A stretch of 64,000 nt of DNA from an uncultured Gammaproteobacteria bacterium (GTDB lineage Bacteria > Patescibacteriota > Patescibacteriia > Magasanikbacterales > UBA922), in contig CAZKAD010000002.1 of the NCBI GenBank assembly GCA_964550845.1, positions 11,377-75,376 on the forward strand, written 5' to 3'. Below the pieces are notes generated by a model. That model did no database searches. It was given only the letters and a program-made list of their open reading frames with translations, and had not been told where the DNA came from. Positions 36,677-45,792 of the stretch are shown in pieces. How positions within the stretch are numbered: position 1 is the first letter of the stretch; the number at the start of each line of letters is the position of its first letter. A program made the translations under genes and the position numbers.

Positions 36677-37171
36677 ATGGGTTGCATTTCAACGAAATTG
36701 ATTGCTTCACCTCCACCACGAAAAGAAGTGGAACAACCGATTGTTGATGGAAAGCAAAATGAAGGTAAAAATGTTGATCTTGAACAACTCCGCTATGAGA
36801 ATACAACCTCTTTCTTGCCAAGATTTACGTCTGGAAAAATTGTCAAAGTTTATGACGCTGATACATTTTGGATTGCAACTTATTGTAATGGTGTACCAGC
36901 TCGATTTCGTTTGCGGCTTGCAGGAGTTGATACGCCTGAGATTAAATCAAAAGATCCTCAGATTAAGGCTAAAGCCATTTTTGCTCGAGATCAAGTCCGA
37001 GCCCGTATTCTTAATCGAATCGTTCAAGTTGAAATACTTCCCGAGATTGAGAAATTTGGGCGTCTTTTAGCCAGAGTCTCAGATTCGATGGGATCAATTA
37101 ATGACTGGTTGATTTCATCTGGAATGGCCAAACCTTATTTTGGAGGGACCAAAGAGAGTTTTGAAGAATAA
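36677..37171 (+). CDS. Staphylococcal nuclease (SNase/thermonuclease)-like nuclease
   Basis: GKIVKVYDADTFWIA ... RFRLRLAGVDTPE matches the SNase Ca-site/catalytic core. First ATG used (MGCIST); the track start is TTG. Two palindromes abut the ATG. Confidence 0.7.
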   Translation: MGCISTKLIASPPPRKEVEQPIVDGKQNEGKNVDLEQLRYENTTSFLPRFTSGKIVKVYDADTFWIATYCNGVPARFRLRLAGVDTPEIKSKDPQIKAKAIFARDQVRARILNRIVQVEILPEIEKFGRLLARVSDSMGSINDWLISSGMAKPYFGGTKESFEE

Positions 37172-37219
37172 AATGATTTTGATTGTTTAATGATGATCAA
37201 AACAACCATTTCATGAAAA

Positions 37220-38032
37220 ATGGCTAAAGTATTGTATAAATCAAAGAGAATAGAAAAACTCCAAAATTGGCTGGATGAGTTTTGTACTCTTCGAATTGGT
37301 ATTAATATTCGAGTGCGTTATCATGATACAAGGTCCTCCGGAACCGGGTCAAATAAATCCTCATTGTTTGTTTCGTTGATACGATGTTCAGGAAGTAGAG
37401 AAAGTTATTATCTTAAAAAGATTAAAGTAGACTCGTTTGTACGTTGCTTCGAAGTTATCGAAAATTTTTGCCACGAACGTATCTGTGATATTACACTTTA
37501 TCTTATTGATGTTAACATTGAACAACTTTATTCTCTCCGGGTGCGTCGTTTATTTATTTTGGGTAGTCAACCTCTTTCTTCTGAAATTAAATTTCAATCG
37601 AATTCCATTTACATTGATGATTTCTCAAAAAGTTCGGCTTTGATGAAGAATAAAACTTGCAAAAGGTTTTGGTTTCAAGCTTTAATGATTCGTCACGCAA
37701 ATGAAGGATGTCTCCTTTTCTTTGGAAAGTGTTCAAAATGTCAACATAATCAATCCTTTGTTGATCATCAACTTACAAATGCACTGATTGAAGTTCTCCC
37801 TGACATTCCAACTAATATTCTACTTACTCCACTAATGAAGTTTGCAATTTGTATCTTCTTTGGCCTTTCATCCGAAGAAACCATTTTCTCTCACTTCCTC
37901 AAAAGAGATTTATATGATCCAAGACTCTTGATCTTAATTCAAGAGTTTTTTATGATGACAACTCCAATCCTTTCATTTGGAGAATGTGGAAATGAATGTT
38001 CGCGTCATCAAAGGTCGCCGAGAAGAGAATAA
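37220..38032 (+). CDS. Paralog family B protein (C-terminal DLYDPRLLIL motif)
   Basis: Shares the C-terminal FLKRDLYDPRLLILIQ...GECGNEC region with 38064-38906, 49863-50540 and 1538-1858. Confidence 0.55.
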   Translation: MAKVLYKSKRIEKLQNWLDEFCTLRIGINIRVRYHDTRSSGTGSNKSSLFVSLIRCSGSRESYYLKKIKVDSFVRCFEVIENFCHERICDITLYLIDVNIEQLYSLRVRRLFILGSQPLSSEIKFQSNSIYIDDFSKSSALMKNKTCKRFWFQALMIRHANEGCLLFFGKCSKCQHNQSFVDHQLTNALIEVLPDIPTNILLTPLMKFAICIFFGLSSEETIFSHFLKRDLYDPRLLILIQEFFMMTTPILSFGECGNECSRHQRSPRRE

Positions 38033-38063
38033 AATGATTTTTACTTAAGTAAGTAAAAATAAA

Positions 38064-38906
38064 ATGTCCTGGGAATATTCAGATGATGAATCAAGTTATG
38101 GTCGAGATCGATGGAGCTATAGTCGAGATGAATTAAGTTATGATAGTTCCGAAGAACGTTTCCAACAAGCACTTTCAAGTATATTTAATGGAAATGTAGA
38201 TAAACTCTTTCTTTCCTTTACATTTTATGATCTTGACAAAGTAGCTGTAGATTACAAGATGGGAAATGAACGTGGACATTTTTCAATTCTTGAAACATAC
38301 GCAATGAATGCAATTCGTTACGCATCCGATGTGTGTTCTGAATTCTCTGTACAATTGTTTTTCTGCTTGGAAGATTGTGATAACGCCGATTATTTTCCAT
38401 TCAAAGTTGAACAATTGACAATTCAGAGTTATCAAGGTTGGATTCCCCTTGATAACATTCAATTTCAAGCAAACAAAGTTTTAGTCAACGATTCGATTTG
38501 TTATCGGCAATTGCTTAAAAATTCATCTTGTAAAAACGCCGGATTTGTTGCTCGCTCATTTTCATCTGATGGGAGCTTGTTTGCTGAAGTAAAAAATAGT
38601 GGATGTATCAGATGTCTCGCGCTGCGAAAATGTAACGATTATTACAAATGTACTTCGTTATTTAAGATATTACCTTTTCTCCCAGAAAATACCTCATTTT
38701 CTCCAATTGACAAACTTTTGATTCTCGTCTATTTTGGAATCGAGAATCAAGGGATTTGGACCGAATTCTTAACAAAAGAATTGTATGATCCTCGATTACT
38801 CTCCTCGATTTCACAGATGGCTGGAATATTGGTTCAAGAAGATTTACAACAATTGTCACCCAGTGGAGAATGCGAAGAAGGATGCGAAAATATAAGACCA
38901 ACTTAA
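38064..38906 (+). CDS. Paralog family B protein (C-terminal ELYDPRLL motif)
   Basis: Tandem to 37220-38032. Start ATAAAATGTCC. C-terminal GECEEGCEN. Confidence 0.55.
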   Translation: MSWEYSDDESSYGRDRWSYSRDELSYDSSEERFQQALSSIFNGNVDKLFLSFTFYDLDKVAVDYKMGNERGHFSILETYAMNAIRYASDVCSEFSVQLFFCLEDCDNADYFPFKVEQLTIQSYQGWIPLDNIQFQANKVLVNDSICYRQLLKNSSCKNAGFVARSFSSDGSLFAEVKNSGCIRCLALRKCNDYYKCTSLFKILPFLPENTSFSPIDKLLILVYFGIENQGIWTEFLTKELYDPRLLSSISQMAGILVQEDLQQLSPSGECEEGCENIRPT

Positions 38907-38945
38907 TCAAATCATTTCAATATTCTTTTCCTTTTGAGGAAAAGA

Positions 38946-39740
38946 TTAACCATCAATTTCCATTGGTTTCAAGGTCCTTTGGGGCGGGTTCAACTCGGGT
39001 GATGCGGAAGGTGAGGGAAGTCGATAATTTTCATGATAGAATTTAGATACATTTCGATCATTCCAGTTTTCCGGAGCAATGTGATAAGCATTCAAAAGAT
39101 TGGAAATTTCAAAATAGCTAAGAGGTTCTCTTATTCGAAGAACTTTTACATTTTCAAAGAAAAGTTCAATTGGATAATTAAATGCATCAGATGAAAGTCG
39201 AAGCATACTCTTATTCAGTTGTTCTGCTGACGTATCAACTGTCCGACAAAGATGAATGAATTCTGCTATAATTTCAGTCTTCGGATCATTTAATTTCTGC
39301 TCAGTCTTTCGATAATGAAGTGCGTTACCTACACTTCTTGATAAAATTTGAGACATTTGTTCAGCGGCGTACAATTTCATTTTAAATTCTTCAATATCCT
39401 TTTCAAGTGAATTTTTCGAAATCACGAGATTATCTTGAACAAAGATGAATACAACTCCCTGGCTGGCAAGTTGAGATGCAAAATTGTAGCCAAGTTCTCG
39501 ATTACGTGAATATCTATCTACAGAAATACAAACGAATAAACCATGTATAATATTTACTTTACTCAACAACGGTGGAAGTTGTCGGAATGCCGAAGCAGCT
39601 TCGGCGATCACTGAAATCTCCATCTTCAACTCAGGGAAATGACTACAAACCCATTCTCGGCAGATCTTTTCTTGAGCATCTAAACTCTTTCCAAGTAATT
39701 GATTTCTGGTTGAAACACGCGTGTAAATGACACATTGCAT
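38946..39740 (-). CDS. Serine recombinase (resolvase/invertase catalytic domain)
   Basis: N-terminal VIYTRVSTRNQLLGKSLDAQ (catalytic Ser) and downstream VDRYSRN motif. First ATG used (MQCVIY); the track start is TTG. Confidence 0.8.
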   Translation of the reverse strand: MQCVIYTRVSTRNQLLGKSLDAQEKICREWVCSHFPELKMEISVIAEAASAFRQLPPLLSKVNIIHGLFVCISVDRYSRNRELGYNFASQLASQGVVFIFVQDNLVISKNSLEKDIEEFKMKLYAAEQMSQILSRSVGNALHYRKTEQKLNDPKTEIIAEFIHLCRTVDTSAEQLNKSMLRLSSDAFNYPIELFFENVKVLRIREPLSYFEISNLLNAYHIAPENWNDRNVSKFYHENYRLPSPSASPELNPPQRTLKPMEIDG

Positions 39741-39777
39741 GTTCAATCAACGAAGGATGTTCCACCCAACGAAGGAT

Positions 39778-39912
39778 TACCTTTTGTTATGAGAATTTTT
39801 CTGCAAACGTTTTCTTTTAAGCGCGGGATGTCCACGAGATGAAGAAACTACACGTTGATGATTGAGATAAAGTCCGAGAGGTAAAATTCCTCCAAGGAGG
39901 GCAAGTGTAAGA
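39778..39912 (-). CDS. Candidate 45-aa signal-anchor/membrane micro-protein
   Basis: MFLTLALLGGILPLGLYL then a basic tail. The ATG is embedded in the palindrome CATTTCTT-TAATTA-AGAAATG. Below the ORF-track cutoff. Confidence 0.25.
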
Positions 39913-40032
39913 AACATTTCTTTAATTAAGAAATGTTTAAGTCTACTTAACACTGTGAATCTTGATCTTATTGATTAAAATCAGTTTAAACAATTTTGAC
40001 AAGATAGAAAGTCCTAAGAGGCCAGAAAAACA

Positions 40033-40377
40033 ATGTATGATTATCTTGTTGTGTTTACCCTCGGAATTGTAAGTACAATTTATCTTCCCTCTAAGATTGG
40101 AGGAACACTGAAGAAAACTTATTCGGAACTTCGAGAGAAATATCCTCAAGCTTACACAGTAATTTTATGTTGGAGAACATCTGAAATTATGATAGAAAAA
40201 ACAATTCAAGAATTAAAGAAAAGACAGGGTTGTCAACAAATTTCTCTTCTTCCAGGAAAAGAATTTCGATTGTCTGGAATTCGACATGATGGAACAGGAG
40301 AAAATATTCCTTTTGTAAGTGGGATTGTACCACTGAAAGAATATCGATCTCTTCAAATTGAGTTTCTCGAAGATTGA
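40033..40377 (+). CDS. Hypothetical protein
   Basis: ATG start. N-terminal hydrophobic segment. Confidence 0.4.
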   Translation: MYDYLVVFTLGIVSTIYLPSKIGGTLKKTYSELREKYPQAYTVILCWRTSEIMIEKTIQELKKRQGCQQISLLPGKEFRLSGIRHDGTGENIPFVSGIVPLKEYRSLQIEFLED

Positions 40378-40793
40378 GAGTCATTCAAAGCTCTCCATTT
40401 TTTCTCATGAAAAATCCATCGAATTGTTAGAATTAGATAAATGCTTCGAAAAATTGACATCAATGTAAGAATGTAATCTCGTGTAAATTCTCCGGTAAAC
40501 ATCCAAAGATCTACATAAAAAGCTATCTCAACTATACCCGCGATAATTAATGGAGTTGCTGCCCATTTCGGATATCTTTTTAACAAAACTAAATGAATTA
40601 TAAACACAAATATCAGAATGAATGCCCAGACGTAGTGAAGAACAATCAAGATGGATGAAATGTTTGTATAAGCAAGTAATTGCGCCAATGTAAAATGAAA
40701 TAGTGCATTGACTAAAACAAATGAGACCCAGAGGCCGAAATAATAAAATACAAAAAGATACAATTGAATATCTTCGAATTGAACCGTAAGCAT
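40353..40793 (-). CDS. Multi-pass membrane protein
   Basis: Four hydrophobic helices. Convergent 25-nt overlap with 40033-40377. Confidence 0.45.
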   Translation of the reverse strand: MLTVQFEDIQLYLFVFYYFGLWVSFVLVNALFHFTLAQLLAYTNISSILIVLHYVWAFILIFVFIIHLVLLKRYPKWAATPLIIAGIVEIAFYVDLWMFTGEFTRDYILTLMSIFRSIYLILTIRWIFHEKKWRALNDSQSSRNSI

Positions 40794-40835
40794 TTTGAAA
40801 ATAAAAGTAACTTTAAAAAGTCACTTTTATTAGAA

Positions 40836-41948
40836 ATGGCGTTGGCTGGAAATTATGCGCGAGCAATTTTGATTGACAGTGGATTCCGCAATCGAGAAAA
40901 ATATCCGCTCCAAGGCGATTTTGTTTTGATTCCAGAAGAAGGTAAAGGAAATAATGGAATTACCGAGCCTGTAGGATTGGGATATCCATTGCAAACAGGA
41001 CTCGTCAATACATACACCGCCGGTCCACCTTCTTATATTGAACTCCAAAGTGCAATTGTAGCTTCTTTTCCCGAAAATGTTTTGCTCAATTGTCAAATTG
41101 AAATTCTAGTCGGAACAACGGCTGTGTCGAGAGGATCGGCAAAAGTTATCGCATTTGGGACTGTCTCTCCGATCGTACGCATCTACTTTGATGATCCGAT
41201 TCCAGGAGCAGTTAACGGAGATACGGTAATTATCCGACAATTGGCAACATCGAAACCTCCTCATCGTCATGTCTTGACTGCTGGATCAAGCGTTGGAGAT
41301 ACAACTTTGACTTTGATTGGAGGATCATCCAAAACCAATTATTATGTCGGAATGTACTTTGGAGTCTTGGGTGCAACCCAAAAATACAAAATTAGCGCAT
41401 ATAATGCAACGACACAAGTGATTACATTTGCTCCTCCTTTATCTGCAATCTTATCAATTGGAAATATTCTTGAGATTTATCAAATTGAAGATAATAATTC
41501 TGGATTGTCAAAATCTGGTCATGTGATTGGAGGAATGTTTAATTATGAAATTCGTCTCGATTGGATTAATATTCCAACAGTTTCTTTGTTTAAAGCCGAA
41601 TCTTCATCTCTCGCGAAAAAGATTACCGAATTCCCTTACATTTTAGTTGAGTTTCGTAATGATCATGGATCGACCGATGCCGTTCAAACGAATAATAGGA
41701 ACGCAAAAGGATCAACATTTGTAATTCCGGTCGATGATCGCTCGACTGGATCGGGAAATTTTATTACACTTCGAGGATCAAATTCAGTTGTGCATATGCT
41801 TGATTTGAACGGAAAGATTCGATTTACTATTCGTGTTCCTTCGGGAGACATTGTTTATTTCGATGAGACATATGAACTCTCTTCTCTTCAAGTTTCAAAT
41901 CCCGATCTTCAAATTTCGGCTCATTTCACGGTGAGAAGAATTCATTAA
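40836..41948 (+). CDS. Hypothetical beta-rich protein (possible structural)
   Basis: First ATG (MALAGNYARA); the track start is TTG. The TAA stop lies inside the repeat core CATTAAATG. Confidence 0.5.
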   Translation: MALAGNYARAILIDSGFRNREKYPLQGDFVLIPEEGKGNNGITEPVGLGYPLQTGLVNTYTAGPPSYIELQSAIVASFPENVLLNCQIEILVGTTAVSRGSAKVIAFGTVSPIVRIYFDDPIPGAVNGDTVIIRQLATSKPPHRHVLTAGSSVGDTTLTLIGGSSKTNYYVGMYFGVLGATQKYKISAYNATTQVITFAPPLSAILSIGNILEIYQIEDNNSGLSKSGHVIGGMFNYEIRLDWINIPTVSLFKAESSSLAKKITEFPYILVEFRNDHGSTDAVQTNNRNAKGSTFVIPVDDRSTGSGNFITLRGSNSVVHMLDLNGKIRFTIRVPSGDIVYFDETYELSSLQVSNPDLQISAHFTVRRIH

Positions 41949-41987
41949 ATGTCCGAAAGGATTAAATGTCCTTCTGGGATTAAAACT
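41943..41987 (+). repeat. Three ATTAAAT-hairpin units between convergent genes; both stop codons lie inside units
   Basis: CATTAAATGTCCGAAAGGATTAAATGTCCTTCTGGGATTAAAAC. Confidence 0.6.
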
Positions 41988-43374
41988 CTTTCATTGATAC
42001 AAATAAATGATCAAGAATTTTGTTTGCAACTCGATATCCCGAACGTAAAGCGCCTTCCATGTATCCATAAAAGACTGGATCAGTGTGTTCGCCTGCAATG
42101 TAAGGAGATGTACTCTTTTGATAATATTCAACAAATTTCATCTGCCCAGGAGGAATATAAGAATATCCTCCTTCAATCAAGGGATTTTGATTCCAATTTT
42201 CAGTATAAGAATACTTTGTCCAATAGGGACAAAGTCTTTGAATATCTTGTGATTCTTTGAGGTCGGAATAAAAGTTGACTAACACTCGGTCATTTTTATT
42301 CATTTCACTGAAAGGAAAATAATCACCTCGATTCTCGGTCGCTTCCCAAATTTCTCCTTGAGGAAGTGCTAAAACGTTTGGCGATCGAGAAAATCGAATC
42401 CAGTCTCGGTGACCATAGATATATAATGTTTTAATAACTGGACCAATTGGCAACGCCGGTATAGATAATCCAGAAATTTTATGATATTGAGTCGGTGGAA
42501 TGGCAAGAATGAGGTAATCATAACTAACTACAATCTCTTTTCCTTCAAAGTCAAAAGTACATTTCTTTTCATGTTCATTGACGGCTTTGAGTTTGTGGAG
42601 AAGACGGACAAAGCTACGTTGTAATAGTTTTTCGACCATAAATAAATTACCTTCAGCACAACGATAAACTTGTTCAGTGTTCCAGAAACTTTTTCCATCT
42701 AAGTTAGGAGAACCACCTTTAACCTGTGTTAAAATAGAGAGATAACTTTGTTGACTTGGATCTGCAAGATTATCACATTGAAATTGTTTCTTAATGTATT
42801 CTTTTCCAAGATTCGACAATTCACATCGTTCAAGTTTATCTCCGAGGGATAAAGTATCTGGCATGTTCCACGGCTCGAATGGATTTGAAAGTTCTTTGCT
42901 ATCTTCAGCAAGCATATCTCGAAACTTTTTAATATCTTGTTCAATTTGCTTTTCTTCTTCCTTTGATAAAGCTTTGTCATTCAAATAAAGATTGTTTTTG
43001 CATCCTTGGGCAGCATAATAGGTTTCAGGTGTAACTAGAGTGAAAGAAAGTTTCAATCGATGAGCAAGAGTCAACCACATGGCATGATTTGATCCGATTA
43101 ATTCAGCTCCAAGTTCAACTTGAGGAACATCATAAATCGAAGCTGTCTTAACTCTTCCACCAACTCTTTCGGCAGCTTCATAAACGTGAACATTTGGAAG
43201 AGCAGACAAAAAGTAGGCAGCAGCTGCTCCAGCTAGACCGGCTCCGACAATGACAATCTTTGGTATAGTTCCGAGACGATTTGCTTTCTCTTGAACGTGA
43301 TCGAGATAACTGAGGTCAATTTTAGCCATCGGGGATATTTTCCCTGGCTCTCGAAGTGAATACCATTTATTCAT
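41980..43374 (-). CDS. Flavin-containing amine oxidase (MAO/PAO/LAAO family)
   Basis: Dinucleotide-binding IVIVGAGLAGAAAAYFL, YEAAERVGGRVKT, and C-terminal YIAGEHTD...GYMEGALRSGYRVANKIL. An 8-bp-stem palindrome abuts the ATG. Confidence 0.8.
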   Translation of the reverse strand: MNKWYSLREPGKISPMAKIDLSYLDHVQEKANRLGTIPKIVIVGAGLAGAAAAYFLSALPNVHVYEAAERVGGRVKTASIYDVPQVELGAELIGSNHAMWLTLAHRLKLSFTLVTPETYYAAQGCKNNLYLNDKALSKEEEKQIEQDIKKFRDMLAEDSKELSNPFEPWNMPDTLSLGDKLERCELSNLGKEYIKKQFQCDNLADPSQQSYLSILTQVKGGSPNLDGKSFWNTEQVYRCAEGNLFMVEKLLQRSFVRLLHKLKAVNEHEKKCTFDFEGKEIVVSYDYLILAIPPTQYHKISGLSIPALPIGPVIKTLYIYGHRDWIRFSRSPNVLALPQGEIWEATENRGDYFPFSEMNKNDRVLVNFYSDLKESQDIQRLCPYWTKYSYTENWNQNPLIEGGYSYIPPGQMKFVEYYQKSTSPYIAGEHTDPVFYGYMEGALRSGYRVANKILDHLFVSMKEF

Positions 43375-43378
43375 TCCT

Positions 43379-43400
43379 TTTCTTTATAGAAAAGGAAAAT
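43379..43400 (-). promoter_or_regulatory. Palindrome CCTTTTCT-ATAA-AGAAAAGG abutting the ATG of the amine oxidase gene
   Basis: Direct reading. Confidence 0.5.
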
Positions 43401-43442
43401 CTTTTATTCTTCTTTTTACGAGTTGTTTGAATAGTAAATAAG

Positions 43443-43799
43443 TTACCATCGTTCAACGATGATAATTAAACTTTCTTCTTTTTTGTCGAGATTTCCTCGA
43501 GCCGATCCAATTTCCATTGCTGTTACAATGGTTTCAAACGTTTTTCTCAACATCTCTTTTGCCTGATTTTTGGTTGTTCGGTCAAAGAATGAAGAGTGAA
43601 GAATGTTATGAAATAAAGGAAATACAGTTTGCAATTGGCATTGCAATGAAGATTTCTTTTCAATTAACAGAGCTCGAAGAGCAAGGAAAAGTTTTTCTTG
43701 TAATTCAAGATCGAGACATTCGAGAGCTCGTGAACATTCATGTGAGAGCATTTTCCTTTGTTCTCGACATCGAGTAATTTCATTCGAAACCGAAAGCAT
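43443..43799 (-). CDS. Hypothetical protein
   Basis: ATG preceded by three GTTTAACC units. Confidence 0.4.
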   Translation of the reverse strand: MLSVSNEITRCREQRKMLSHECSRALECLDLELQEKLFLALRALLIEKKSSLQCQLQTVFPLFHNILHSSFFDRTTKNQAKEMLRKTFETIVTAMEIGSARGNLDKKEESLIIIVERW

Positions 43800-43821
43800 T
43801 TCTTTTTAAAGGGAAGAAAGA

Positions 43822-43876
43822 AGTTTAACCAATCCTCTGGACGTTTAACCAGTCTTGGGGATGTTTAACCACTTTA
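43822..43876 (+). repeat. Three tandem GTTTAACC units (20-bp period) upstream of gene 43443-43799
   Basis: GTTTAACCAATCCTCTGGACGTTTAACCAGTCTTGGGGATGTTTAACC. Confidence 0.7.
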
Positions 43877-44203
43877 CATCGAAGATAATGTTATCATCAA
43901 TTGAATTGTTACGAGTTTCGCAACAATTCGAATCATCAACCAAGTTCCGACTTGTCGATCATCCTTATGTAGATTAGTAATCAGATTAGTTAATGCAAGC
44001 AGATTTAATTTATTTATGAATGCCTCATCAAAAACAAAGAGTGCTTTTTCTTCCAATGAAGGTGGCACATTTTCATTCCACCAACAGTGGATGACTTAAT
44101 TCTCAAGTTTGAGACGAAAATTTTTCATCTCGTTACGTTCAAATTTTTCAATCAATGCTTGAAATGCTTGAAATGCTTGAGAATCCATTTTGATATATCA
44201 AGG

Positions 44204-44262
44204 GAGGTTTAACTAGTCCTAAAAGGACGTTTAACCTCCACTCGAAACGTCTTAATCCTCTC
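44204..44262 (+). repeat. GTTTAAC-AGTCCT-AAA-AGGAC-GTTTAAC hairpin unit at the 3' end of gene 44252-45733
   Basis: Direct reading. Preceded by gcttgaaat x3 at 44158-44186. Confidence 0.6.
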
Positions 44263-45733
44263 CGTCTTCCTCATCATCTTCCCGAATGATTTCGTCATTT
44301 GGAATTTCCATGTCAGATCGTGTGCCAGTTCGAAGACGCAATTCTCCATTTTTCAGCTCCCAGACTTCATTGACTCGAGTGATATCTCCCATTACATCAA
44401 GTAAATTCTTGCTGACATCACTCTCGCCATATTCTCGGTTCCATTCGCATATATTCGCGTTGACCAGGTTACACAAAAACGAGAAGTAATATCTCTGATA
44501 TTTCATTTGATATGTACCTAGAATTTGTTTTTCATTCAGTACTGCCTGAGACATCTTATGAGTAATGATAGCTTTGAGTTGTTGACGGAAAGTTAACAAA
44601 TTGACAGACAAATCATCTTCATATCCATTAAATACATTAAGGAAGTTTTCGGTATGACCAGATGAGCACATTCCATCGATATCGAGTATTTCCTGATGGA
44701 GACGTCGAAGAAGTTCTTCTTTAAATTTCGAACTGTGTATCTTCATCAAAATGTACACCAAGCTGTCCAGGACAGTCATTCCATACACTGTTGTCGGATC
44801 AATTTGAACACGTTCGAGAAGTACATCATAAACTGCCTTATGTTCGGCAGGAATGGGAAGATGTTCTTTTAGATAACTCACTTTTTCAGGAATCGTGGAT
44901 GGACATTCTTTTTGCTCGAGTGCCCAGGTTTGAATCTTTCGTAGCACAGTTTCAAGAGCGCGAGCAATTTCTTCATCATGAGCGTTCTGTTGATCTTGAT
45001 AAACATTTTGTTCGTGATCTTTGAGTTCGCCAAAAGACATTTCTTCTTTGAATTTCAACACATCTGGATTGCGGCCAAATTTTCTTAACATTACATCAAG
45101 CAAATTTGACCTCTCTTTAAAATCTCTTGTCCGTCGAGACCAATCAAGAAAATGTTGAGTAATTTCTTTCTCAGGAAGATCTCCAATCAGTTGTTCATCG
45201 TTAAACATCTGGAGAAGGAAGTGCTTTTTGGCAGGCGAAAAACGATGAGTAAAGAAATGCTTCGCAATTGCTCGAATCGCATAAATATCGGCATAATGAA
45301 GATACATACTTTTTGGAATTGGATCTTCGGTTTCACTAATATGGGGGATCAATTTCTTTCCATACGAAGCGGCATCACTCTTTGAATGTTTGTAAAAGAC
45401 GTAAAGTTGCCGAAATAACCAATATCCAAGACCAAGAGCGATATAATGAGGACATTTATCATCCTCGATTGCAGCATGTACGTCTTTGAGCAGTTTTCCA
45501 AATGACTGTTGACGAATTTCTTTCATTTGTTCAAACATCATTGCATAAGGACTGTCTTTTTCTTCAGCAATTCTTTTCGCCTCATTGAAGATACGAAAAT
45601 GAGAAGGATCGGCAGAAATTTCAGTTTCGACTGCAGTATTGGCGATTTTACCGACACTTGGTTCAAGAGTGTTGAAAGCTTCTTCAATGAGAGCTTTCTT
45701 TTCTTCTTCGGTTAGATCTGCAAGCTTGGGCAT
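44252..45733 (-). CDS. Hypothetical protein (493 aa)
   Basis: Clean ATG. The stop is followed by a GTTTAAC-flanked hairpin. Confidence 0.55.
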   Translation of the reverse strand: MPKLADLTEEEKKALIEEAFNTLEPSVGKIANTAVETEISADPSHFRIFNEAKRIAEEKDSPYAMMFEQMKEIRQQSFGKLLKDVHAAIEDDKCPHYIALGLGYWLFRQLYVFYKHSKSDAASYGKKLIPHISETEDPIPKSMYLHYADIYAIRAIAKHFFTHRFSPAKKHFLLQMFNDEQLIGDLPEKEITQHFLDWSRRTRDFKERSNLLDVMLRKFGRNPDVLKFKEEMSFGELKDHEQNVYQDQQNAHDEEIARALETVLRKIQTWALEQKECPSTIPEKVSYLKEHLPIPAEHKAVYDVLLERVQIDPTTVYGMTVLDSLVYILMKIHSSKFKEELLRRLHQEILDIDGMCSSGHTENFLNVFNGYEDDLSVNLLTFRQQLKAIITHKMSQAVLNEKQILGTYQMKYQRYYFSFLCNLVNANICEWNREYGESDVSKNLLDVMGDITRVNEVWELKNGELRLRTGTRSDMEIPNDEIIREDDEEDGED

Positions 45734-45792
45734 GGGAAAAACTGATTTTGATTCTTTTTTGAAGGAAATAAGTTCTTTAGTCTTCCTTCAAA

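Noticed and set aside
41949-42260. Track ORF MSERIKCPSGIKTL... on the plus strand
   Set aside because: Its ATG comes from the CATTAAATG repeat core, and it is wholly antisense to the well-supported amine oxidase gene. It is spurious.
43874-44068. 64-aa ORF in the 450-bp gap
   Set aside because: It starts with GTG, not ATG. It lacks a promoter module and has a low-complexity hydrophobic C-terminus. It is not called as a gene, and is kept only as part of the finding on the non-coding island.
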